From Vitrella brassicaformis CCMP3155 (Eukaryota; Protista; Chromerida): a stretch of 64,000 bases of DNA. This document shows positions 11,001 through 22,477 of this stretch, piece by piece; within the stretch, counting starts at the first letter, position 1, and the number at the start of each line of letters is the position of its first letter. The stretch covers positions 1-64,000 of the forward strand of contig CDMY01000274.1 in NCBI GenBank assembly GCA_001179505.1, in the 5' to 3' direction. The notes beneath the pieces are model-generated. The model did no database searches and was not told where the DNA came from. It was given only the letters and a program-made list of their open reading frames with translations. The position numbers and the translations under genes were made by a program.

Positions 11001-14000
11001 CAGCTGGTCACGATACACCAACGCTGCCTTCAGGGAAGCCCGGACGCTGCGAAGGGTGAATGGCTTGGGCATCCGCAGTCTCCGCTCCTCCCCATCGCCA
11101 CCAGCGCTCTTCGGGAAGCGGATGACCCAATCCAGCTCACCCGGCCCGGACTTGGGGGGCCTGCCTGTGATTCCTGGCTTCTTTGGGGGAGGCGGGGCGA
11201 CCTTGCGCACTGACAGGAAGGTCGGGCGGCCCGGTGTCGCATCGCGGAGTCTCTCCAGCTCCTCGTTGGCTGCTTTCTTGGCCTCCTCCTGAGTCAGGGG
11301 CCGGTCTTGGCTGTCGTCGGCACGGAGCGCGAGTGCTGCCTGCAGGTCCCGTCGCATGGATTCCCTCGTCAGCGGGGGCCGCACTGGATGGGAAAGATGC
11401 ACAGGCGGCCTCTCCCCCCAACCAGGCAAATCGACAGTGGATGACAGGCCCGGGAGCGACCTGCCGGCCTTGGACTCGTCGGTGGTGACTCCACCTCGAC
11501 GCTGCCGATTTTTGCGGAGCAGCTGGCGCTCGTCTCGGCACACTGCAGGAGTCTCATGGATACTCATGGACACGTCGTCCCCTCCATCGACAGAAGGAGC
11601 AGCAGCAGGCGCGCACCCACTGCCCGCTTCATCGACGCCCTCGGCCGGCTCACCAAGTGCCGGCTGGCCGTCTCCACCGCCTCCCTGGTGACCACCGGTA
11701 TCAGTACCATCATGCTGTCTCTTCTCTTTTGACGTCATGGTGGAAGGGGCGTCGCGCTGTGCTGCAGGAGAACGAGATGGGGATGTATTGCGCCTGCTGG
11801 CGGCCTTGGTGGGTCGGCTGGTGTTGTCTGGGCCGCTGTTGTCTGCTTCTCGTGCCTCGGCCTCGCCCCTGCGTCTGATTTTGTCTCGGTGTGCGATGGC
11901 GGTGGCGAGGTTGTTGCGGATGGAATTGAGGCACCACGGCTCGTAGATGGTGAAGTCCTTGGTGGTCCGCTGGCCGCTGTTGTAGACCTGCACCCGCAGA
12001 TACAGCACCCGCGCCGCGTTGTGGAGGAGAATGATGGACACAGGCTGCCCGGTCGAGGTCCGCAACCGCTGCAGCTCCGCCTGAGTGATGGATATCGTCT
12101 TCTCCCGAGACAGCACCTCCTCGCCATCTCTCGAGGCATACTGCGGCAACAGCTGCTCGCTGATCTCCCTGCGCCTCTGGTCGTCGTCAGACCCCTCGCT
12201 GCTGAGCTCGCGTGCTGCTACAGCCGACGCCCTCTTGGCTTTGGCCTTTCTCCTGGCGCCCTGCCGCCTCTTGCTGCCGTTGCGCCTCTTGCGTCCACCA
12301 GCCGGTGGGCTGTGCTGCTGCCCTTCGTCGGTGTTGGAGCCGTCTTTGCTCTTGGCGGCCTTCTCGGCGGCGTGGCGGCTGAGCATGGCCTGGCGGTGGT
12401 CGAGTGCCTTCTCGAGGGCTGCACGGATGGACTGCTGGGTGAATGCCCATGGCGGCACGTTGACCGTCTTGCGGTCTCGGTGACCATCGCGCACCATGTC
12501 AATGCTCCAGAGGAAGGACTCCTTGCCTGTGGGGACCACAAGGGACATGTTCCTGAGCCGCCCCTGACGAGCCAGCTCCTGCCGAGCGAATGCCACCGCT
12601 TCGCTGCGGGTCATGCTGCCGTTGCGGCCGTCGTCTGATGGATTGTTGGAATGGCCCTCCTCGGGGACCTGGCTGCTGTGGTGGTTGCCGCTCCTGCTGC
12701 TGCTGTCCTCACTCATTTCGCCGCTGCCGTCGTCGCTACTGTTGTCATGGAACTGCCGGCGGGATTGACGCTTGGAGCGGCTCCGGCTGCGGGACCCCTG
12801 CCGTGTGGCGATGGCATGCCGACGGGCGATCATGGCCTCGCGGTTGGCCATGGCCTCACGCAAAGACTCGCGGACCGACTGCGCCGTCCACGGGGGTGAG
12901 ACCGACAGCGTCTTGCTGAGCCGCTCGGTGCCCCTGGCCAAGTGGACCGTCAACCTGAATGCCTCCCTGCTGCTGGGCACTTCCAGCCACAGATTCTTGG
13001 GCCTGCCATGACGATCCAACTCCGCACGAGCAAATGCGATGGCCTCCTCGCGTGTCATGGTGCCGTCAGCCCCATTGCCCTCCTCCCCCTCCTCCCTGCC
13101 CTGGATGTCGCCGTCGTCCATCTCGTCCTCATCCTTTGCGAGTGACTCGACATTGTCCCCCTCGGATGAACGACGCCGCTTCTTGCCCGCAGCTGCTGGC
13201 TTCTCCTCTGCAGAAGCTGGCGGTGGGGGGGGCTGTGGCGTGCGNNNNNNNNNNNNNNNNNNNNNNNNNNNNNNNNNNNNNNNNNNNNNNNNNNNNNNNN
13301 NNNNNNNNNNNNNNNNNNNNNNNNNNNNNNNNNNNNNNNNNNNNNNNNNNNNNNNNNNNNNNNNNNNNNNNNNNNNNNNNNNNNNNNNNNNNNNNNNNNN
13401 NNNNNNNNNNNNNNNNNNNNNNNNNNNNNNNNNNNNNNNNNNNNNNNNNNNNNNNNNNNNNNNNNNNNNNNNNNNNNNNNNNNNNNNNNNNNNNNNNNNN
13501 NNNNNNNNNNNNNNNNNNNNNNNNNNNNNNNNNNNNNNNNNNNNGCCAGGCCGCAGCTGATGTCGCTGTGGTAGACATCAGGCAGCGGCAGCACTGACGT
13601 CACGGTGGCCGGGGCGTCCCGCTGTGCTGCAGGGGGACGAGATGGGGATTTATTGCGCGTGCTGGCGGCCTTGGTGGGTCGGCTGGTGTTGTCTGGGCCG
13701 CTGTTGTCTGCTTCTCGTGCCTCGGCCTCGCCCCTGCGTCTGATTTTGTCTCGGTGTGCGATGGCGGTGGCGAGGTTGTTGCGGATGGAATTGAGGCACC
13801 ACGGCTCGTAGATGGTGAAGTCCTTGGTGGTCCGCTGGCCGCTGTTGTAGACCTGCACCCGCAGATACAGCACCCGCGCCGCGTTGTGGAGGAGAATGAT
13901 GGACACAGGCTGCCCGGTCGACGTCCGCAGCCGCTGCAGCTCCGCCTGAGTGATGGATATCGTCTTCTCCCGAGACAGCACCTCCTCGCCATCTCTCGAG

Positions 14001-17000
14001 GCATACTGCGGCAACAGCTGCTCGCTGATCTCCTTGCGCCTCTGGTCGTCGTCAGACCCCTCGCTGCTGAGGTCGCGTGCTGCTACAGCCGACGCCCCCT
14101 TGGCTTTGGCCTTTCTACTGGCGCCCTGCCGCTTCTTGCTGCCGTTGCGCCTCTTGCGTCCGCTGGCCGATGGGCTGTACAGCTGCCCTTCGTCGCTGTT
14201 GGAGCCGTCTTTGCTCTTGGCGGCCGTCTGAGCGACGTGGCGGCTGAGCATGGCCTGGCGGTGGCCGAGTGCCCTCTCGAGGGCTGCACGGATGGACTGC
14301 TGGGTGAAAGGGGGCGGCACGTTGACCGTCTTGCGGTCTCGGTGGCCATCGCGCACCATGTCAATGCTCCAGAGGAAGGACTTCTTGCTTGTGGGGACCA
14401 CAAGGGACGTGTTGGTGAGCCGCCCCTGACGAGCCAGCTCCTGCCGAGCGAAGGCCACCGCTTCGCTGCGGGTCATGCTGCCGTTGCGGCCGTCGGCTGA
14501 TGAATTGTCATGGCCCTCCTCGGGGCCCTCGCTGCTGTGGTTGTTGCCGTTCCTGCTGCTTTCCTCACTCATCCTGCCGCTGCCGTCGTCATCGGACTCG
14601 AAGGGCTTTGGGCTACTGCGGTCATGGAACTGCCGGCGGGATGGACGCTTGGAGCGGCTCCGGCTGCGGGACCCCTGCCGTGTGGCGATGGCGTGCCGAC
14701 GGGCGATCATGGCCTCGCGGTTGGCCATGGCCTCACGCAAAGACTCCCGGACCGACTCCGCCGTCCACGGGGGTGAGACCGACAGCGTCTTGTTGAAGCG
14801 GTCCTTGCCCTTGACGAAGTTGACCGTCCACCTGAAGGCCGCCCTGCTGTTGGGCACCTCCAGCCACAGGTTCTTGGGCCTGCCGTGACGATCCAACTCC
14901 GCACGGGCAAATGCGATGGCCTCCCTGCGCGTCATGGTGCCGTCAGCCCCCTTGTCCTCCTCCCCCTCCTCCCTGCCCTGGATGTCGCCGTCGTCCATCT
15001 CGTCCTCATCCATTGCCAGTGACTCGACATTGTCTCCCTCCGTTGGACGACGTCGCTTCTTGCCCGCAGCTGCTGGCCTCTCTGCAGCGGCACCAGCATC
15101 GGCGGCAGGTGGACATGAGTTGGGGGCGAGGGGGGCCGGTGGTGGGTCCGACATGGCAAGGATGGTGCTGCTGCCGGCAAGGAGAGGGGATGCATCTGGC
15201 GGTGGGGGCGGCTGTGGCGTGCGACCAGCGCTCCCGGCAAGGGGTGTCTTGTTGCTGCTGTTCTGCTTTGGCGGCTCGCTGCTTGGGTCGCCCAAGGGCT
15301 CGCCGATGGAACCGCGGCGCGACCCCTCCCTGTTGACGGTCTCGGCCGACCGCACGACGTCATCCCGGTAGGCGATGGCCTTCTTGAGGCTGGCACGGAT
15401 GGATGCTGCACTCCACGGCGGTTGGATCTCGAGGTGCTTGGCGTGCCGCTTGCCCTTGCCCATCTTGACATCGACGAACCAGTCGACTCGCTTCCTGTCC
15501 TTGCCAGCAGAGACCGAGATCAGCAGGGGCCGGGTCTCGGACTCACGCAGACGCTGCAGCTCCCGACGACACAGTGCGATCGCATCGGCCATCGACAGCG
15601 GCTCATCCTTGTCGCCGTCATTGCAGCCCATGTCGACGTCCTCTGTCTGCTCGCGGGGCTGCGGAGCGGGAGGGGGAGGCGGAGGCGGCGACTCGCTGCG
15701 ACCGCCGCTCGATGACGGTGACCTGCTGGGTTTGGCGGAGCGCGACATGGGTTCTTCGAAGTCCTCGTCATCCTGGAGGGCCATCAGCTGGTCCCTGTTT
15801 GCGACGGCCTCGCGGAAGGACTCCTTGACGCCCCTCGGCGTGTAGGGCCTCGGCACACGCTTGCCCTTCTGCGCGCCGCCCGCACTCCGCGGCATCCGTA
15901 TGAGCCACCTGAACACGGAACACGACAACAGACAGGCCAATGCATTCATTAAGGGGTCCATGTACATGTCATGTATGTGGCCAGCAAAGCCTTTGTCCTG
16001 CTCTGCTTACTCGAGGCCTCGTTTGTCTACGTTGGTCTTCCGCAGCGACACGTAAGATGGGCCGCCACCGTTTTCGTCCCGCAGGCGGGCGACCTCCTGC
16101 TCTGCCAGGCGCATGGCCTCGTCCACGTTGAGCTGCCGGTCCTCCCGATCCCCATGGTCGTCGATGTCCATGGCATTGCTGTCCGCATCCTGCCCCCCAT
16201 CCACTGACCCCTCGAGTGTGCCGCCCTTTGCCACCTGGCGGCGCTTCTTGACCCGCGGCTGGCGAGACCCATCATCCGACAACACGGGAGAGGGGCCGTG
16301 TCCCACCTTGCTGAGGGCGTGCTTGAGGCTGGCGCGGATCCGGTGAGCCGTGTAGGGCTCGTCGATGCGGACGAAGTGCGTCTCTGCCTCGGCATCGTCG
16401 GTCATGATCTCCCAGAAGAGGCTCCTCTTGCCCTGCTGGCTGGTGGCGATGTGCAGCGAGACGGGCAGGGGGTCCTCCCCTGTCTGCTGTGCCATCCGCT
16501 CCAGCTGCTGCTCGCACACCTCTATGGCCCCGTCGGTGGACAGGACGTTGCTGTTGGTGCTCTTCCTGCTGGGGGCGCTGCTGGCGGCGTCTGCCTCATC
16601 CTCGACGCATCCCAGGTCGAAGTCCCGCTTGGTGTTGCGCTTGGTCGGCCGCCGCTGCGGCAGCTGGCTCACCGCCTCATTGCTCTGGCTCACCGCGACC
16701 AGGTGACGCATGGTGTCGCGGTGAGAAAGAGCACTCTGCAGGGCCTCGTGCACCGAGTGGACGCTGTGCGGCTCGCACAGCTTGAAGCTCTTCTGCCGCT
16801 GGGCCACCACCACCCTGAAGGCCATCTTCTTGGCGTGGAAGTTGATGCTCGTCGACTGCTTGGGGACAAAGGCCTTGAGCCGAGTTGACAGCCGCTGTGC
16901 CAACGCTATGGCAGCGTCGCGGGAGAGGGCTGTTGTGCCTGGCGCGTGGCGTGGGCTGATGGTGGTCTGGCCGTCATGCCCTGCCACCATGTCCTTGTGG

Positions 17001-20000
17001 GCGCCAAGGCTGTCTGCCCGCCGCTCTCCCGAATGTGTGCTGGCCGGCGGTGCCTCCCCCATATGGACACCATCCGCACACCGATGGCCAGCATCACACA
17101 CCACACCGTTGGCAGCCCGGCCAGCACTAATGTGCTCCCGCATCGCCAGACACACCTCCACCGCCACACGGACGCCATCCAACGTGGGAGGCGCGATGGA
17201 CACCAGCTCGCGACGGCTGTTGGGGCCCTCAGAGTCGGGGGTGACGTACAACTGGCGAGTGGTCGAGTCGAAGCCGATGAGAGGGGGCGAGTGGGTCTCT
17301 GTTGATTGCGGCAGGTGGTTGAGGGCGTCCACACATGCCCGCTCCAGCTCCTGGGGTGTGAGTGCAGGAAGGGGCGGCTGGGGGGGAGGCGACGCAGCTG
17401 CACAGAACCCAAGACACACACACGGCAAAAGTGTAAGTAAGCAGGTGTTGGAGGGGGGGGGTTCCTGTACTTGGGTTACCGATGAAGGCGCTGGATGCGG
17501 TGGAAGAGGCGGCAACAATGCCACGGCCCCTCTCGGTGGATGTGCTATGCTGGTATTGCTGCGGCTGTGAGTCCATTGAGGCCATGGCATGGTCGAGCAG
17601 ACCGCCTTCTGCTGGCCGCCCCCCTCCGTGGCTGCCCTCCTCCCAGCTCATGCTGTCCGTCTTGTCCACGGCTTCCCCACCCGCACCACTGATGTGCCCA
17701 TCGTCCTTGGCTGCAGCCGGCACTGCCTCTACACGTCGGCTCGCGGCCGCCCTGTCCCTGTTGCGCATGTACTTGGTCACGTACGCCCTGACGCCGTTGA
17801 CGGAGCGGGAGGGGATCTCCCGCTGGATGGCCTCCCAGTCAGGGCCCAGCTTGTCGAACAAGGCCCACACACGCCGACGCTCACCCTCGCTCCACGAGTT
17901 GCTCGACCCACGCCACTTGATCGACTCGCGCAGCTTGCGGCGTGCCTCGACGGCCCGCTGCAGCGTCGCCCGCACGCCCTCGACCGTCCTGGGCTCGATG
18001 AGGATGCGCTGAGTGGCAGCGCCCGTCATGGACACGCAAATTTTGTTGCAGTCTTTGCTCAGGTGGATGTGGAGCGGCTCGCCCGGCTGGCTGCTCTGAC
18101 GAAGCTTGTCCAGCTCGGCCCCGCAGACGGCCGACAGGGCCGCTGGGGACAGCTCCTCGGATGGCGATGGCGAGGCAGACGTGGGAGGTGGGTGGGCTTC
18201 GGCGTGTGGGAGTGAAGGGTGTGAGGGCTGTGAAGTGCGGCCGCCACTGCGTGAGGGCGGGCGCGCCTTGCGCTTGGCCGGTCGGCTACGGGGGGCTGAT
18301 GGGGGGCTGGGGCTGGGGGAGGGCGGACGCAAGATGAGAGCTGACGATTTTGGAGCGCCCCCACAGAACAGAGCACTTGTAAGTTTCGCTGCCTTGCTGT
18401 GGTTGTTGGCGTGTGTGTCTTACCGAGTAGGTGTGCGATCTCATCTTTGTGTTGTTTCCATTGCAGTATCTCGTGACGCCGGGTGGTCTCGGGGGCAGCA
18501 GCACTGCCAGTGGCAGCGGATGGCTCGTTGGGGCGGTGGTGGTGGTGGTGTGGGTCATCGGGTGTGCACACCCGTCCGGTGGTGTGTTGGCTGCCGATGG
18601 CGAGGTCGTACTGTCTGTGCATCAGGGTGGGGGGTGTCTGCTGCCACAGGGGATGCTTCTGACACGGATTGAACTCGTGACGAGCTGAACACACATTCAC
18701 CACACACACACACACACACACACAGGCAGGCAGGCAGGCAGGCATAGAGACGATGAGGGCCAACATGCCTCTGTGGTCATGTATTTTGGCACCTACGCAC
18801 CTCTCTGTTTGATCTCTTGTACGACTGCCCTGAAGACCAGGTCACACTTGGCCACCTTGACGGGGTCCACACGCGTCCCGCTGCCCACATCCATGAAGGT
18901 GGCGGTGTCGCACGGCTCGCTCACGCCCTCCCGTCCAGGCACCCAGGCCAACCTGTGGCCCTGCTTGACGGCCAGCGTCATCAGCACATTGCTATCATGG
19001 TCGGCCGCGCCACACCCGTGGATGTAGTTGGCCCCCAACTCTACCATCACGCAATCCTCCTTGGCTGCTGCTGCTCCTGCACCAGCACCAGCACCAGCGG
19101 CACCAGTGGATGCTGCTTGGTCAGCGGAGGATGCGCTGGCCTGCAATGGGTGCGTGTGCGTGGGTGTGCCGGCGAGTGTGTGTGATCGGATGCGGCCGCC
19201 GGCCTGGTCACGGGCCTCGAAGACGGCGATGCGCAGGTTGGCAGCCAAACAGTCGCGGGCCGCCACCAAACCTGCGGGAGGCACGCAAGGATGGAAGGAA
19301 AAAGTCATGCACGTCGGATGATGCACGTCTGGTGCTCCCTCCCTCCCTCTTGTAAACCGCCCTCCCCCCACCCACCAGCAGTGCCGGCTCCAATGACAAT
19401 CACATCGTAGTCACACGGAGCACTCGAGGCGCCACTGCCTCCTCCTCCTCCTCCTCCCATGGCCGCTCTCACCGCCCGTCGCCTCTTGCTTTCTTGTGCG
19501 CGTGATCGGCTGCCCTGTGTGGGTGTCTGTGCGTGTGGGGCGAGGAACAGCTGCCGCAGGTGTTGGTCCATGCAGGACGGGCGGAGGGCGTCACGGTTGA
19601 AGGCAATGCAGCTCGCCTCCTGACAGACAGACACAGTCAGCCAGTGATATAATGGATCAACCAACAGTCGCACCAGGGAAGGGCGAGATGTGGGTGTGGG
19701 TGTAAGGGCGAGATGTGGGTGTGGGTGTTTCTGTGTGTTAACTATGTGTGTCGGTTCCTTACTGACCCGTGGCCCAAAGAACCGCACACACTCTAGGTCG
19801 TGACGCCTGCAGGCGTCATCGAATGTCGGGTACGGCCTGACACACAACACAACACAACACAACACAAGACAACACAGGACAGGACAGGACAGGCGAGGTT
19901 CCTTCTCTTCTTTCCTCCCATAGATCTGTGTGTGTCACCCACCCATAGATGTTTTCGTATCCGTTGATGAGTAGGCGGGCCCAGAAACCGTCGTGCTCGA

Positions 20001-20198
20001 CGTCATACAGAATGCGCCAGTCTGCTTAAAGGCAAACAAGCACACCACACACACAAAGACGATATGGACAGGCAACGACCACCACACCGCTGGCATCAAT
20101 GACTCCCCCTGGCACCTGCGTGTGGGACGGGAACATGTCCAGACACGACGCCTATCTGCTTCAGCAACTGACGAAGAGCTGCTAACGCCTCTGGGGGA

Positions 20199-20236
<38 letters not shown>

Positions 20237-20591
20237 CGACCAACCGACATGCACAGACATGAACACATCCACATGCCCCCGCCAACCACCCTCCCTTCCT
20301 CCCTCCCTCCCTCCTTCCACCTCTCCTTCAGCGCACCTCACCTTGGCGGGTCGATGGCATTCTATCTGGAGTTGTCGCAACCACCATCCTTGGATCCTCC
20401 GTTGCCTGGCGGTCGGTCTCCCCTCCACCCCCTGCTGCTGCTGCTGCCGCTACCGCTGCCGGGCGGCTCTCGTATGCATCGCGCTGCTCGTGTGTCTGAC
20501 AACCTCCTACATGACCACGGGCCGATAGATAGATGGGCGCGATGGACGCGCCAGTGGTGCAACCAGCCGGGCCGTCCATCGACTCATCCAT
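8015..20591 (-). CDS. Flavin-containing amine oxidase (LSD1/polyamine-oxidase-like), split by a huge insert of AP2-like repeats and a SANT/Myb domain, with an N-terminal AP2-like domain; multi-exon; possibly two tandem paralogs separated by the gap
   Basis: The FAD motif DVIVIGAGTAG|LVAARDC..VFEARDQAGGRIRS..VELGANYIHG lies at ~19410-19020. The C-terminal half lies at ~10130-8015: DWLVANGYGKL, VRFDPPLSAAKRASIGRLGMGTHNKIFLRF, WKVTHWDTEPEALGSYSYIAK, HLTLAG|EATSREGHQCVTGAWLSGQRAARHVL, then TGA at 8015-8017. Start is MDESMDG at 20591. Confidence 0.8.
11725..15225 (-). repeat. Tandem duplication of ~1.5-1.6 kb (13595-15225 vs 11725-13244) flanking an assembly gap
   Basis: Both copies encode the same three repeat units (MTR(R/E)EAIAFARAELDRHGRPKNLW.., MTRSEAVAFARQELARQGRL.., LSREKTISITQAELQRLRTSTGQ..). 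They are near-identical over the third unit and more diverged over the first two. Confidence 0.9.
13245..13544. other. Assembly gap (300 N)
   Basis: N run. All four gaps in the window are exactly 300 N, so this is a placeholder size. Confidence 0.99.
17735..17900 (-). other. SANT/Myb-like domain inside the amine oxidase insert
   Basis: WSEGERRRVWALFDKLGPDWEAIQREIPSRSVNGVRAYVTKY fits the Myb/SANT pattern W(T/S)xEE..L......G.dW..I...lp.Rs....r. Confidence 0.75.
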
Positions 20592-20793
20592 GGGGAATCA
20601 GCAAGATCACACCACGACAGAGGGCCAACTCAGGTGGCGTGCGATTGTCAGCCCGCCCATCTCCTTGATTCAAAAGCTCGCACCAACGTAAAAACGGAGG
20701 AGGCGGATCTGGAACAGGTGTCAGCACTGTGACCCTGGACAACACTCCTGAGCCAAGTAGTGAATCTCCCTTCATCCATCCCCGCACAATGGC

Positions 20794-21708
20794 ATGATGG
20801 CATTGCTGCTGCGTCGGCTGCCCTGCTCGTCCCCCTCCCTTCTTGGACACACCGCACGCCGCCCTTTGGCTCCTCTCCATTGCCGCTTCTCGTCAACAGC
20901 GAGTGAGGCTGGTCAATCCAGCAGCCAAAGCACCGGCTTGCTGGTGTCTGTCAGCAAGAGTAAGGACAGCACCATCAGCGTCATCTCACTGCAGCGGCCA
21001 GAGGCCAAGAACGCCATCAGCAGCGCCTTGCTATACGACCTGAGCAATGCAGTCGAGTCGGTGCGCCACGACGAGCAGACGCGGGCCGTCATCGTCCGCA
21101 GCCGAGTGCCGCGTGTCTTTTGCGCCGGCGCCGACCTCAAGGAGCGCGCCAAGATGAGTGAGAGCGACGCCCGTGTGTTTGTGTCGAAGCTGCGCGCGTC
21201 CATGACGGCCATCGACCGGCTGCCGCAGCCCACCATTGCCTGCATCGACGGGGTGGCCCTCGGCGGTGGCCTCGAGCTGGCGCTGGCCTGCGACTTCCGC
21301 ATCGCCAGCCCATCGGCCGTTGTCGGCCTCCCTGAGACCTCGCTGGCTATCATTCCTGGTGCAGGAGGGACACAGCGGCTGCCGAGGCTGGTGGGGCTGC
21401 AGCGGGCCAAGTTCCTCATCTTGACGGCTCAGCGGCTCAAGGGATCCGACGCGCTTACCTGGGGCATGGTGGACTTCGTCACTGGCGAGAACGACCACTG
21501 GCTTGTCGACCCAAACGACAGCAGTAAGGGCGATCAAGGGGCGTCTGGGGCGATGACCGAGTTCGACGCCATGTTTGAGAGTGAGAGGGCCGACGAGTGG
21601 CCCGCCGTGTGCGCGGGGATTCGGCTCGCCAAGATGATATCTGCGCAGGTGTGGCATGACAGCACGTAGAAGCCAAGATGGATGACCTTGATCAATCAGG
21701 CGGGCCGG

Positions 21709-21741
<33 letters not shown>

Positions 21742-21947
21742 GCCTGGGTCTGGGTCTGTCTGCCTGTAAGGGTCCTGTGGCGATCCGTGCCGCCAAGCGG
21801 GCGCTGAATGAGGGCATGCAGACGGACCTGGAGACCGGCATGGACGTCGAGAGGGGCGCGTATGACCAAGTGCTCGACACTCACGACCGAATCGAGGCAC
21901 TCAACGCCTTCAGAGAGAAGAGGAAACCGCATTTCACCGGCAAATGA
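20794..21947 (+). CDS. AUH: Enoyl-CoA hydratase/isomerase, methylglutaconyl-CoA hydratase (AUH)-like, with probable mitochondrial transit peptide; one intron ~21649-21768
   Basis: LQRPEAKNAIS, FCAGADLKER, PTIACIDGVALGGGLELALACDFRIA, GLPETSLAIIPGAGGTQRLPRLVG; second exon GPVAIRAAKRALNEG..DRIEALNAFREKRKPHFTGK*. The N-terminus is R/S/L-rich. Confidence 0.9.
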
Positions 21948-22477
21948 CGTTGGTTGGTCGATGTGTGAAGTCAGTCAGGCGGTGCTCTCCTCGTATTTAG
22001 CCCCGATGACATGTACGGTCGATGTCCCAAAGGTGGTCTGTCGGCTGTGATGTCTGCTTCGGCATTGTGTTTGCCAGATGGGTGTTCGCTCAGAAAACGG
22101 GGGTGTGTTTGTCAGAGAGATAAGAATATAGTTTGCCTGCCTCCCGTGGCTTTGACTTGTTCTTGTGTGGCTCCAACACCGATGTATGTATCATGAACGG
22201 CGGCATGATTGACTTGATGGCGGCAGACCGCCGGACACCTACTTACGTCCAGACAGCCTCTTAGAGCGTCTGTTGAACGGTATCGGCATGCAATGCAGAC
22301 AAAGGTGCCAAACAGACAGGCACACACATAGCCACCGACAAACGAATCAGTCAGTCAGTGTGCGGGAGCCAGGTCACCAGAAGATATGTGTGCTCTACCA
22401 TCCGCCACCTACACACGCGTAGAGCCCCCTCGCTCAGCCTCCCGTGTGCCTCACCAGTGTGTTGCTATGTAAGGCAT

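Noticed and set aside
10292-18215. Numerous plus-strand ORFs of 100-260 aa opposite the oxidase insert
   Set aside because: They are antisense shadows of GC-rich coding sequence and have no independent motifs.
19768-19835. YPTFDDACRRHDL resembles the Helitron helicase TFxxAC motif
   Set aside because: There are no Rep or helicase motifs nearby. The flanking exons fit an AP2-like domain much better.
20789-20797. Minimal uORF ATG GCA TGA overlapping the AUH start
   Set aside because: It is a real sequence feature, but without the TSS there is no evidence it is in the mRNA, and it is easily a chance occurrence.
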